DNA from: a virus
Taxonomy: Duplodnaviria > Caudoviricetes
DNA: 38,829 nt
Virus record (IMG/VR): IMGVR_UViG_3300020395_000036
Location: 1-38,829 of that record
Reading direction: 5' to 3' (one strand)
Shown here: piece by piece, positions 8,301-20,300 of the stretch
Layout: every line of letters starts with the position of its first letter
How positions within the stretch are numbered: the stretch's first letter is position 1
Translations under genes and position numbers: made by a program
Notes under the pieces: model-generated
What the model was told of the DNA's origin: nothing
Database searches by the model: none
What the model saw: the letters and a program-made list of their open reading frames with translations, nothing else

Positions 8301-11300
8301 CTGTAAAAGTTATTAATCCTGGTTACGATTATCAATATAGAAAATTACCAGTAAGTCCATCTGGAATTTCTACTTCTTATGATACTATTAATTTTGTAAA
8401 TCATGGATTTAGAGATGGTGATATTGTTGAATATTCGACTGATGGAACTACTATTGAGGGATTGGATACCTCATTGTCATATCTTGTTATTAAGATAGAT
8501 GCTAATTCCTTTAGATTAGCAAAATCTGATGCTGTTGGTGTAGCAAGAACCGATTTTGAAAGAGGAAAATATGTTGATTTAAGATCAACTGGAACTGGAT
8601 ATCAAATATTCAAATACCCTGATATCAAAATAGAAACTACTGTAAGTTTTGCCACAACAGTTACTGGATCATATGAAGGAAAAATAACTCCTATTATTGA
8701 AGGTGAGATAATTGATGCATACACCTATGATAATGGTAGTAATTATGGTTCATCCATTATTAATCATATTATTAAACCTGACGTTGAGATAATAAATGGA
8801 AAAGGTGCTGAAATAAAGGCATTTATAGATGCTGGTAAGATTTTAGATATTATTGTTCTTAATGGTGGTCAAGAATATAACTCATTACCACATATAAAAA
8901 TAGAAGGTCCTACTGGTAATGGAGCAATATTAAGACCAATTATCTCTAATGGTAAATTGGATGATATTGTTGTTATTAATCCTGGTATTGGATATTCTTC
9001 AACTGATACTAATGTTTATGTTGATCCTAGAGGAAAGAACGGGTTATTAAGTCCACAAATAAGAAGATTGGAGATAGATGATATTCAGAAGAGAGGTATG
9101 AATATTCATTTAGAACCTAGTGGAGATGATGGTTTAATATATGAAGTAAAGGCATATGACCAATCATTAAGAGATGAATTTGGTGACTCTGGTATTAATA
9201 ATGCTGGTATAGGTACTCATTCACCCCTAATAGGATGGGCATATGATGGAAATCCAATATATGGTGCTTTTGGTTATTCTGTACCAAATGATATTGGTGA
9301 AGTTAAGAGATTAAAATCTGGATATGTTAAAGATAACACTTGGTATGATCGCCCAGAGCAAGATTCTGGATATTTTCTTGATGATTATAAATTTGATGGT
9401 AGTGGTGATTTAGACAAATATAATGGTAGATTTTGTAAAACACCTGAGTTTCCAAATGGTGTTTATGCTTATTTTGCGACATTAGATGAAAATGAAAATC
9501 CACAATATCCATATTTTATAGGAAAAACCTATAGATCACCATTTATTTCTGATAATCTTTCTTTAAATCAGAAATTTGATTTCAATAATTCAACTCTTTC
9601 TAGAAATACTTTACCATATAAAGTAAATGATAGGTATGCGAATAATGATTTTATTATTGAATCTAATGAAATTATTAAACAAAAATCAGTTATTGAATCT
9701 GTAACTAGGGGTGTTGTAGATACATTCCAAGTTTTAGATGGTGGAAAAAATTATAAGGTAGGTGATTTTACTTCATTTGATAATGAAGGTACTGGTGGTA
9801 GTGGTGCTAGAGGTCAAGTTGATCGTATTGTTGGTATTGGTGTTTCTAATATTAAGACTGAATTAACTACATTTGAGAATGCTACTCTCATTTGGAAAGA
9901 TGCCCAAACAGTTGAAGCACACTTTTTACCAAAAATTGAGTTAAATGATCAAGATACTGTATTAATTTCTGGATTAAGTACTGCTAATTACAAATTAAAC
10001 AACTCATTTAAGGTTGGTATTAGTACCGATATTATTGGATTAGCAAAGACAATGACTGTCAATAATAATCCAAATGGAAAAACTGAGGATATTTACGTAA
10101 ATATTATACCAAATACTGTATCTGTTGGTGGTTCTTTACGAGTTGGTGATGAAACTCTTAAAGTATTAAACCTATATGGTTTAGAAAAGATAATTAGGGT
10201 ACAAAGATATGGAACAGGTATTGGTCATACTTATAGTTCTGAGATAGATGTATTAAACAATAGAATAAGTATTCCTGTCAAATCTAATTATTTTGATTCA
10301 AAATTAAATGACTTAGTACATTTTAATGGTCATCAGTCTGTAGGTTTAGGTACTACTTGTGGATCAGTAATTGATTATGAGTATGGTGAGATTACAAATA
10401 CTACAAATGTCCCTCAACAAAGCATTTACTTACCAGGTCATCCATTTAGTAATGGGCAGAAGATTAAATTATCAAAACCATTAACTGCTACTTCATTCTT
10501 GGTTAGTAGAGATGATGATGCATCAAACCAATTCTATATTCCAGACCAATCAACCGCTATTTCAGAATTATATGTTGTAGATAAAGGTACTGATTATATT
10601 GGTCTTGCTACTAATGTTGGTGCTGCCAGTACCGAAAGTGGATTATTCTTCTTTGGTAATGGTGATAATAATTATCAATATCTAATAGAATCTGATCATG
10701 ATCAGTTAACTGCTAATATTGATAGAGTAGTTTCTACAGTTACTACAAAAGTAGCATTGGCAAATACAACTACTCATGGATTGGCAGTAGGTGATCTAAT
10801 TGATTTAGATGTTGTCCCTAACATTGCTGTTGGTATTGGATCCACTGCTCCATTAACTGTTTCATTTAATGATGAGCATCAGAAACTATTAATTAATGAA
10901 GTTAGTTTCAATGCTACCGCAGTTGTATTAAACACTGATACAATCACCATACCTGATCATGGATATAAGACTGGTACTAAGGTATTTTATGATAATCAGG
11001 AAATAATATCAGGATCGTCTTTAGTTGGTGGTCTTTCTGTTGGGGCATATTATGTCCATACAATTGACTCAAATACTATTAATTTGTGTGAAACATATAA
11101 AGATTCTATAGTAACTCCTCCTAGAATAGTAGATTTAACTGGACAAGGCAATAATAAGCATACTTTATCATTAATTAACCCACCAATTACAGTTGTTAAA
11201 AATTCAGATTTAACATTTGGAGTTGGTTCAACCTCATTAGAGAATTATAAATTAAAATTCTTCTATGATAGAGAATTTAAGAATGAATTTGTAAATGCTA

Positions 11301-14300
11301 CCAGTTATGACCCATTAGAATCTGTTCAAGCATCATTTAGTGTTGTTGGTGTTGGAACTGTTGGTGTTGGAACATTCTCATCTAGTCCTGTAGTTGGTGC
11401 TGCTGTATCAATTGGATTCAGTACTGCTTGTCCATCGGTATTATATTATGCTCTTGAGCATAATGGGTATATTAGTACTGCTGATACAGGTGTATATGAT
11501 TATTCAGAAATCAGATTTGTAGATAGTGCTTATAGTGGAGAATTTAGAGTATTTGATGTTGATGATGAAACATTTAAGATTTCTCCTAGATCAGTACCTG
11601 AAGTATTAGAATATCATGATAATCAGTGTGATTTATTTGAGTATTCTAGTAAATCTGGAAATATAGTTGGACCTATTAAGTCTATAAAAACAATTTCTGA
11701 AGGATTTAGTTATAAGAGTATACCTGGATTTACTTCTATTACTAGTGCTGATGGTGAAAATGCTAATGTTGTGGCATTATCAACATCTATTGGTAGAATT
11801 AATAACTTAAGAATTATTGATTATGGATTTGAATATTCTGCTGATAAAACTTTAAGACCTGAGGCATATATTTCACCTATTGTTAGAGTTGATGATTTAG
11901 ATGTAATTGAGTCTATTAAAGTTATTAATCCTGGAGCAGAATATTTAAGTGCTCCTGATGTAATCCTATTCAACCCAGAATCTAAAAAGGTTGTTGATAC
12001 TACTTCATTACTGGCAACTGTTCCTAACCAAGGAATATCTGAAATTAACGTAATAGCACCAATTAAAGGTTTAGATTCTGTAAACCATAGAGTTATTACT
12101 ATCAATAATTCTAATGGTATAGGAATTGTTTCTATGACTACAGAAGGCACTGTTGCCAGATGTGTAATGGAAACACCGATCAATGGATATGATGTTCCAC
12201 CATTTGCTCCTGGTGATGAAATATTTGTTGAAGGTATATTAATGGGTTGGGAATCTGGTATTGGTACTCAGACTTCTTCAACTGCTGGTATTTCTACAGA
12301 AGGAACAGGATATAACTCAGAAGATTATGATTATCAGTTCTTAAAGGTTAAATCTTATGATTCATCAAACCCAGATGTACTGAAATTTGATTTGGTTGGT
12401 TTAACTACAAATCCAGGAATTGCTAAAACATATCAGACTGGATATGCTAATATAGTTAACCGTAAGAATTATCCAGTATTTGAGACTGATCAAAAGAGAG
12501 CAGAATTTACAATTAGTGAAAATTTATTGGTTAGTCAAGGAAATCCTTTTGTGAAGAGTGATCTTACTGTTACTGAAACAAGAGATGATTATATTAAGGT
12601 AGATGGTTTAGATAATCTTAGAATTGGAGATAGAATAGCTGGAGAATCTTCAGGAACTAGTGCTACTGTTGTTGGTATTGATAACCAATACGCTAAATTT
12701 AATGTTGATTATTCCAATAGACAAGATTATGGGTGGACTGATAATACTGGTAAATTAAGCGAAGATTTCCAAGTAACACCCAATAATGATTATTTCCAAA
12801 ATTTATCATACTCCATTAAGAGTGAAAAAACATGGGATGATATTGTAGATCCTGTTAATAGGTTGGTTCATCCTGCTGGACTCAAGAATTTTGCAGATAC
12901 TGTTGTTGAAACTACATTAGTAGGTGTTGGTATTGGATCCACATTCTTTACTACACCAACATTAGTTCTTGATGTGGTTGGTGAGAGAAGGGTAGATACT
13001 ATTAATGATTTTGATCTTGGTATTGATTTTGAACCAAGAGAATCTGGAAATACTCGTGATTCTAAGTTTGTTGATTTCCAAAATGCTAAATTAACAGATT
13101 ATAGTAAGTGTAAGACAAATAGAGTATTGATACATGATGATATAAGTGGAAGATTCTCAAGTAAAGGAATACAGGATTTATTTACAGAAATAGAAGAACT
13201 TAATACAAATTATGCTCGTTATTTGGTTCAAATTGTTGATGCTGATACATTTGATATTCAGATTAGTGATTTAATAGTATTAACTTCTACAGAAAATGCT
13301 TATTTGATTGAGAAATCATTAGATTACTCTAATATGAAATTGGGTGATTTTTCTGCTGATGTTGATTACTTTAAGAGAAAAACTTTATTATTTACCCCAA
13401 CAGATAAGTTTGATAAGGATCATGATATTAAACTCCTTAAGACTTCATTTAATACTGATAATATTACAGATGGTACAAAAGAATTTGGGTCTGTTGATTT
13501 AATTGGTAACAATGTTTCTGTTAGTGCTGGTCGAACAATGTTCTCAGCAACTATTAGTGGAACTACACTAACAACAACTGATTTTGATCTTCTTGGTCTT
13601 AAGCATGTAAATGGACTTCCTACTACAGATTCTTTGGTCGGAATCGGTACTACAGTATCTGGTTTGGGTCTAATAAAGGATACTCTAGGTAATGAACTTA
13701 CTGAGATTGTAAGTATTGATAGTTCAAGTACAGCAACAATAAAGATCAATCCTGATACTACTCCAAATGCTCCCACAGTACCTTCTACTTACACTACACC
13801 TGTTACGGGTCAATTTGGATTTATCAACACCCCATACTTCGTTAACAACGGTGTTGGTGGATTAGATCCAGTAGCAGTTCCTATTGGTGTTAGTACATCA
13901 AATATTATGGAATTTGCTGATACTAATTGTAATGCTTTCTATGCTAGTGTTGTTGCTAAGGATGATGTTACTGGTGAATTAGATTATACAGAAGCAATTG
14001 TTAATGTTAATGGTAGTGATGTATCAATATCTCAACTTTATGCTGATTTAACTCAGACTTCTCTCAGTATTATTGATAATGGAACGGTTGGTATATTAAC
14101 CGCAAGTTATGATTCTGGTACTATTAAATTTGATTGTATTAATGAAAGGCGTTCTACTATAAGATTAAGTACATCTGTTGTTGGATTAGGTACAACTAGT
14201 GCTGGTATAGGAACCTATAGATTTAACGTTCCTGGGCAACCACAAGGGGCAGAAAGAACTGCTAGGTATGAATCAACATATAACACAACTGAAGTTGGTA

Positions 14301-17300
14301 CAGGTGTAACTGTGGCATCAATTGATAGAACTATTGATAGTACTGTTAAATCTATTATTAAAGTTAGACAGGGTGATAAATTTGCTATACATCAACCAAT
14401 TCTAATACATGATCAGAATAATGATGCTATTACTGTTCAATATCCTCATATTGGTGAAGTTTCTGGTTTAGGTACTTTTGGATCAGAAACAGATACTCAA
14501 AATGTAAATTTAGTATTCTATCCAGATGATACTGGATTAGTTGAGGTTCAATCATATAATGAAGTCTTTAATACTATTAACGATTTTGCTAATGAACCAG
14601 ATGTTCTACAATATGGTCCTGTTACTAGTGATCTATTATTAACATCATATGATGGTGTTAACGGAACAAGAGGTAATAAAGTTAATTTCAATTTAACATA
14701 TCAAGGTATTCCAATATATGTTAAGAAATTTAATCCTACAGACACTACAAGGGTTATAACAGATTCAACTCCAGGTGCTGGAACTACTTTCGCTATACCA
14801 AATCATTTCTTTAATACAAATGAAGAATTAACTTATACACCAGAATCTACTTTTATTGGTGTTCCTCCTGTTTCAGTTGGAATCGCTGCTACATTAGATG
14901 CTGATGGTAGTTTAGTTACTGTTATGCCATCAAAAGTATTTGTTAAGGCAGGTAGTGCTGATAAATTCCAAATATATTCTAGAAAAGAATATATTGATGT
15001 AGGAAATCCAATAACAATAACAACTAATGGTTCTGGTAATGCTCATAAGTTTGAGATGACCAAGAAATTGAGTAAAACTGTTATTGGTCTTGATGGAATT
15101 GTTCAACAACCAGTTACATATACTGCGATAAAGCATAGTTTACCTTCTAATATTGGTATTGGAATTTCTCAATTTGCTTTAAGTGGAATTAGTTCAGTTC
15201 AACCAAGAGATGTATTAAAGATTAATAATGAGTATATGAAGGTTGAGCAAGTTGGATTTGCCACAGAAGTTGATGCGACAATTAACTCTAGTGAGGATTG
15301 GGCATCCATACCTGTAGTTAGGGTTAAGAGAGGTGCTTTAGGAATTGATGCTTCTACTCATAGTGCTGGAGACGAAGTAAGAATACATAGAGGTTCATTC
15401 AATATTGTTGATAGTACAGCATGGTTCTTAGATCCACCTAAAGGTAATACTAGATCAAGAAGAAATGATACTAATATTCCTTATGTTAGAGCAGAATATA
15501 GTGGTAGAACATTCTTAAGGACAAATTATGATACCAACATGGTATTTGATGATATTTCAGATTCCTTTACTGGAATAGGTAAGACATACACATTAACTGT
15601 TGGTGGTGCTAATACTGTTACTGGTGTTGGTGTTGGAAATGGAATTCTATTCATTAATGGGGTATTCCAGACACCATTAACTTTAAACAACTTAGGTAAT
15701 AATTATGAAATAGAAGGAAATGCTACTGCTGGCGTATCTAGTGTTACATTTACTGGAATTAGTTCTGAAAATGGACAAAAAATCGAATCTGAGTTTGATA
15801 TTAATCAAAATCAACTTCCAAGAGGTGGACTCATTGTTTCTATGGGATCAACGACTGGACTTGGTTATGCTCCTTTAGTTGGTGCTAGAGTTTTAGCAAA
15901 AGAAACTAATGGTGTACTTGATAGTATTGTAAGCATTGCTTCTTCAGTAGGTCCTATTGGTTCTGGTATTGAGACTGCTCATTATGATCCTGTTACTGGA
16001 ATTATGACAGTTACAACTAATACTGTTCATGGTTTTGCTTTAGAGAGTCCAGAAACAGTTAAATTAGAAGATCTACATTTTACTTGCCCAACATACACTA
16101 TTGGTCAACCTATTACTGGTACAACATATAATCCAGCAACAGGTGATATGGTTATAAAAATTGCTGGTCATGGACTTTCAAATGGTGATTCAGTTAAATT
16201 AAAAGAAGAATCAATCACATTTAGTTGTGGATTTGGTGGTGCTACTGGTTCTGCTGCTGAAAAGTCATATCCTAGAAAGACTGATCCTGCCTATGACAGA
16301 TATATGTACATATCTGATGTTACTACTGATACTTTCAAGGTTAATGTACTATTTGGAGTAACACCTACCAATACAGATGCACATACATTTGTAAGTGCTA
16401 CTACTGATTGTGTCCAATCACTAAACTATATTGGAGTTACTACATCAATATTCCAAAATCACGAAAGACCTATTCCATTGGTTGGAGTAACTTCAGAAAG
16501 AAGTTTCCAAGTTAATGTTGGTATTACTAGTATTCATCACAACTATTTGAAAGGTGGTGGTGTATATGCGTTCTATGATGAGTTGACACCAGGATCTGGA
16601 TATCGTGAACCAGTTTCTATTGGTGTTACTGATATCAATTATCTTCATAAGTTTGTAAGTGCTACTACAGATGCGATAACAGCATATACAGGATCATTCA
16701 TGGGTCAGAATCTAAATCCAACTTTAGCGGATTATAATTCTGAAACTGGTAGTTTATTATTCACAACAGAGGTACATGGAATACCAGAACCAGTTGATCT
16801 TGATATTAATGATGCTAAGTATGATGCTAGAGTTGGTATTTTAACAGCATATGCTGGTACAAATTTTGATGTTAGTGGTGCTACATATGATCCAACAACA
16901 GGTAATATGGTTCTTGAAATTGGAGATCATGATGTAGATACTAATGATAAAGTTAAGATTGCTCCAAATTCAATAACATTTAGTTGTACTTTTGACAATC
17001 AGGTTGGTATAGATTCTCACAAATCATATCCTAGATCTTCTGGAACAGGTAATGCTGGTGGAGGTGCTGATCCAGCATATGATACTTATTTGAATGTTAT
17101 TGCTGCTGATAAATTAGCTGGAACAATTACTGTAAAAGTATTAACAACAACACCATCAACAAATACAGATCCTCATTTATTCGTAAGTGCTACTGATGGT
17201 TGTGTATTTGTTCCAAGAGTCTTTACTAATAATGAACAAGTTAAGTTTGTAGATGGAGCAATTACCTTCAAATGTGATATGGATGGTAATACTACAGAGC

Positions 17301-20300
17301 ATCCTTATCCAAGATTAAGTGATCCAGCAAGAGATAAGTGGTTATTAGTTTCTCAAGCAAATAATAATAAGTTTGAGGTTCAGGTTGGAATGAGTCCATT
17401 AGTTGGTTGGACTCCACAATTAACAGGTACGAGTTATGATCCAAATACTGGATTAATGGTTCTTGAAATAGGAGCTCATACTCTAAAAGCTGGTGAAAGA
17501 GTTAGATTAGATCCATTATCATTGAAGTTTAGTTGTGGATTTGGTGGTGCTACTGGTTCTGCTGCTGAAAAGTCATATCCAAGATCTACTGATCCTTATT
17601 ATAACACTGCTATTCCAATTCAATCGGTAACAGAGACTTCTATTACACTACAAGTATTGACTTCTGTACCCTCAACAAACACAGATCCTCATACATTTGT
17701 CAGTGCTACTACTGGTGCTGTTAAGTCTGGTGGTTTCTATCCACATACTTATGTTTCATCTATAGCAAAGGGTGTGAGAGCAACAAAATCAATGAAGATT
17801 GCTACCAATTCATTAACCTTTAAGTGTTCTAAAGATAACTTCATTGGAAATCATACTTATCCAAGAGCAACTGATCCTGCATATGATACATTCTTACCTA
17901 TTACTGGTGCTTCACAGAATACACTATTAACCAATATTGGACCTGGTGGTGGAGCAGGAACTGGAGCAGTTGTAACCGCAATGGTAGCACCAAATAGACA
18001 TAAGTTTGTAAATGCTATTGGAACACACAAATATGTTGATTCTATAAGTGATGCTGTTACTGTTGCTGGTGTTAAGAGAGATGTTAGTAATGCTGTTTAT
18101 ACTCCAAGTACAGGAGATTTCACATTAACAATCGGTAATCATAGTTTCACTACTAGTGATACAGTAACTATTGCTCCCAAAGCAATAATCATGACATGTG
18201 ATGCTGATTCTCATGGATCAAATCATGCTTATCCAAGACCAACTGATCCAGCATATAATACTCCTTTAGCAATTACTGCTGTAACTGCTCAAAAAATTAC
18301 ATGTAATGTTGGAAAACCTGCACAGATAGAAAGTGTAACTGCTGATGTTGGTGGTCCATTTACTGCTAATACTGCTGCTTATGATCCTCAGTCTGGTATT
18401 ATGACAGTAACTACTGCTAATGCTCATGGATTTACCGCTTCAGATACGTTATCTACAAATACTGCAATATATGACCCAAGAGCTGGTGTTTGTACTATAA
18501 CTACAACTACTAATCATGGATTATCTAATGGTGATTGGGTTAAGTTAGAAGATAATTCTATATTCTTTGAGTGTTCTGAGGACAATTATGCTAGTGAGCA
18601 TTCTTATCCAAGAAGTACTGATCCTTTATCTAATAAGTGGGTTCAAATTACAATTGACGGTGCTGATAAAATTGAAATTCAAGCATTATCAACACTACCT
18701 TCTACAAATATTTCAGCACATCAATATCTACGTTCTGTAGAAAATAACATTCAGAAAGCAAATAATAGAGTTAAATTTGCTACTGGATCTTTAGTTTTCC
18801 AGTGTAACAAAGATCAGTACTCCACAAACCATGCTTATCCAAGAACAACTGATCCATATTATGATACCTTTATGGGTGTAGAGACTATTGTTTCTACTAA
18901 GAAATTTACTGTAAATGTTGGTAAATCTCCTGCTGGTACTGGTGGTGCTTTAGAATTTACTATTGTGGATGGTGGATCTGGATATGTAAATCCAGAATTA
19001 ATGATTCCTCAACCAGTTTATGAAGATATGCCTATAGTTGGTGTTTCTAGACTAGGTGTAGGTAAGACTACAGATACTGGTGAGAACCTATTGCTTAACA
19101 TAAAGGTAGGATCTGCTTCAACTGCTGTTGGTATAGGATCAACATTATTTGAAATATCAGATTTTGCTATATCAAGACCTGGTCATTCATTTAAGGTTGG
19201 TGATAGATTTAAGCCTATTGGATTGGTTACATCTTCAGAATTAAGAGAACCTCTTAAAGAGTTTGAACTTGAAGTTGTTGAAATCTTTAATGATTTCTTT
19301 GCTGCTTGGCAGTTTGGTGAAATTGACTTTATTGATAATATCGAAAATCTCCAGAATGGTGTTAGAAGAAGATTCCCATTATTCTTTAATGGACAACTAT
19401 TAAGTTTTGAAACTGATGAAAATGATTCTATATCTTCAGATATAGATTTGAATGCAGTATTACTTATTTTTGTTAATGGTGTTATTCAGACACCTGGTAT
19501 CGCTTATCAGTTTGAAGGTGGTGCTACATTTACATTCACTGAAGCACCTGATACAGGTGATAAAGTTGATATATTCTTCTATCTTGGACAAAGAGGTATT
19601 GATGTTGAGATTATCGACATTCAAGAAACAATAAAACCAGGTGATGATATTAGATTACTTCGTTATGTTCCTGGTAGATTAGATCAAAATAGAAATAGAA
19701 CAGTTAAAGAAATATTATCTTCTGATATTCTTGAAACTGACATTTATACAGGTCCAGGTATTGATAGTTTGGATGATTTTATATGGAGACCAGTTGATTG
19801 GGAAAAACAGAAGGTTGATAAGATTATTGAAGGTAGTTTAGTAAGTAAAGATAGAGAATCTATTGAACCCTGTGTTTACCCTACAGCAAAAGTTATTTCA
19901 GATGTTAAAATTGATTCTGGTATAGGTCTTGATTTACAAGATGGAATATTTGTAGATGATGCTGAAATTTTCTTCTATGAAGAAGGACCACTTCGTCTTC
20001 CTAGTTCTGAGCGTTATGGTGTTACAGTAGATGCTGTAGATACCATCTTAATGCCAGCAGCTCCAGATCAAACTCCTGCAGATGTTACTTTAGTTTTGGG
20101 TAATAATGTTGGTACTGGAAATACTGAGGTTACTTCATATACAATTGCTAACAATGGTAAAGGTTATTTGACTACACCTACTGTTAGAATATCAAATCCA
20201 CCAGAAATTGGTGTTGGTATTGGATCTACTGCTACTGCTACAGCAACAATTTCAAATGGATCTTTGACAGCATTAACAATTACAAGTTCTGGATATGGAT

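Larger units (their letters stand above)
15980..18930 (+). repeat. nine nested copies of a ~100-aa domain in gp7
   Basis: Consensus Y.P.TG..[LM]....H.....VK....F.C....YPR.TDP....VNVG/H.FV; eight YPR motifs counted. Confidence 0.8.

Noticed and set aside
16220-17580. Diversity-generating retroelement TR/VR pair
   Set aside because: The copies are identical with no adenine-specific mismatches, both are coding, and there is no reverse transcriptase in the window
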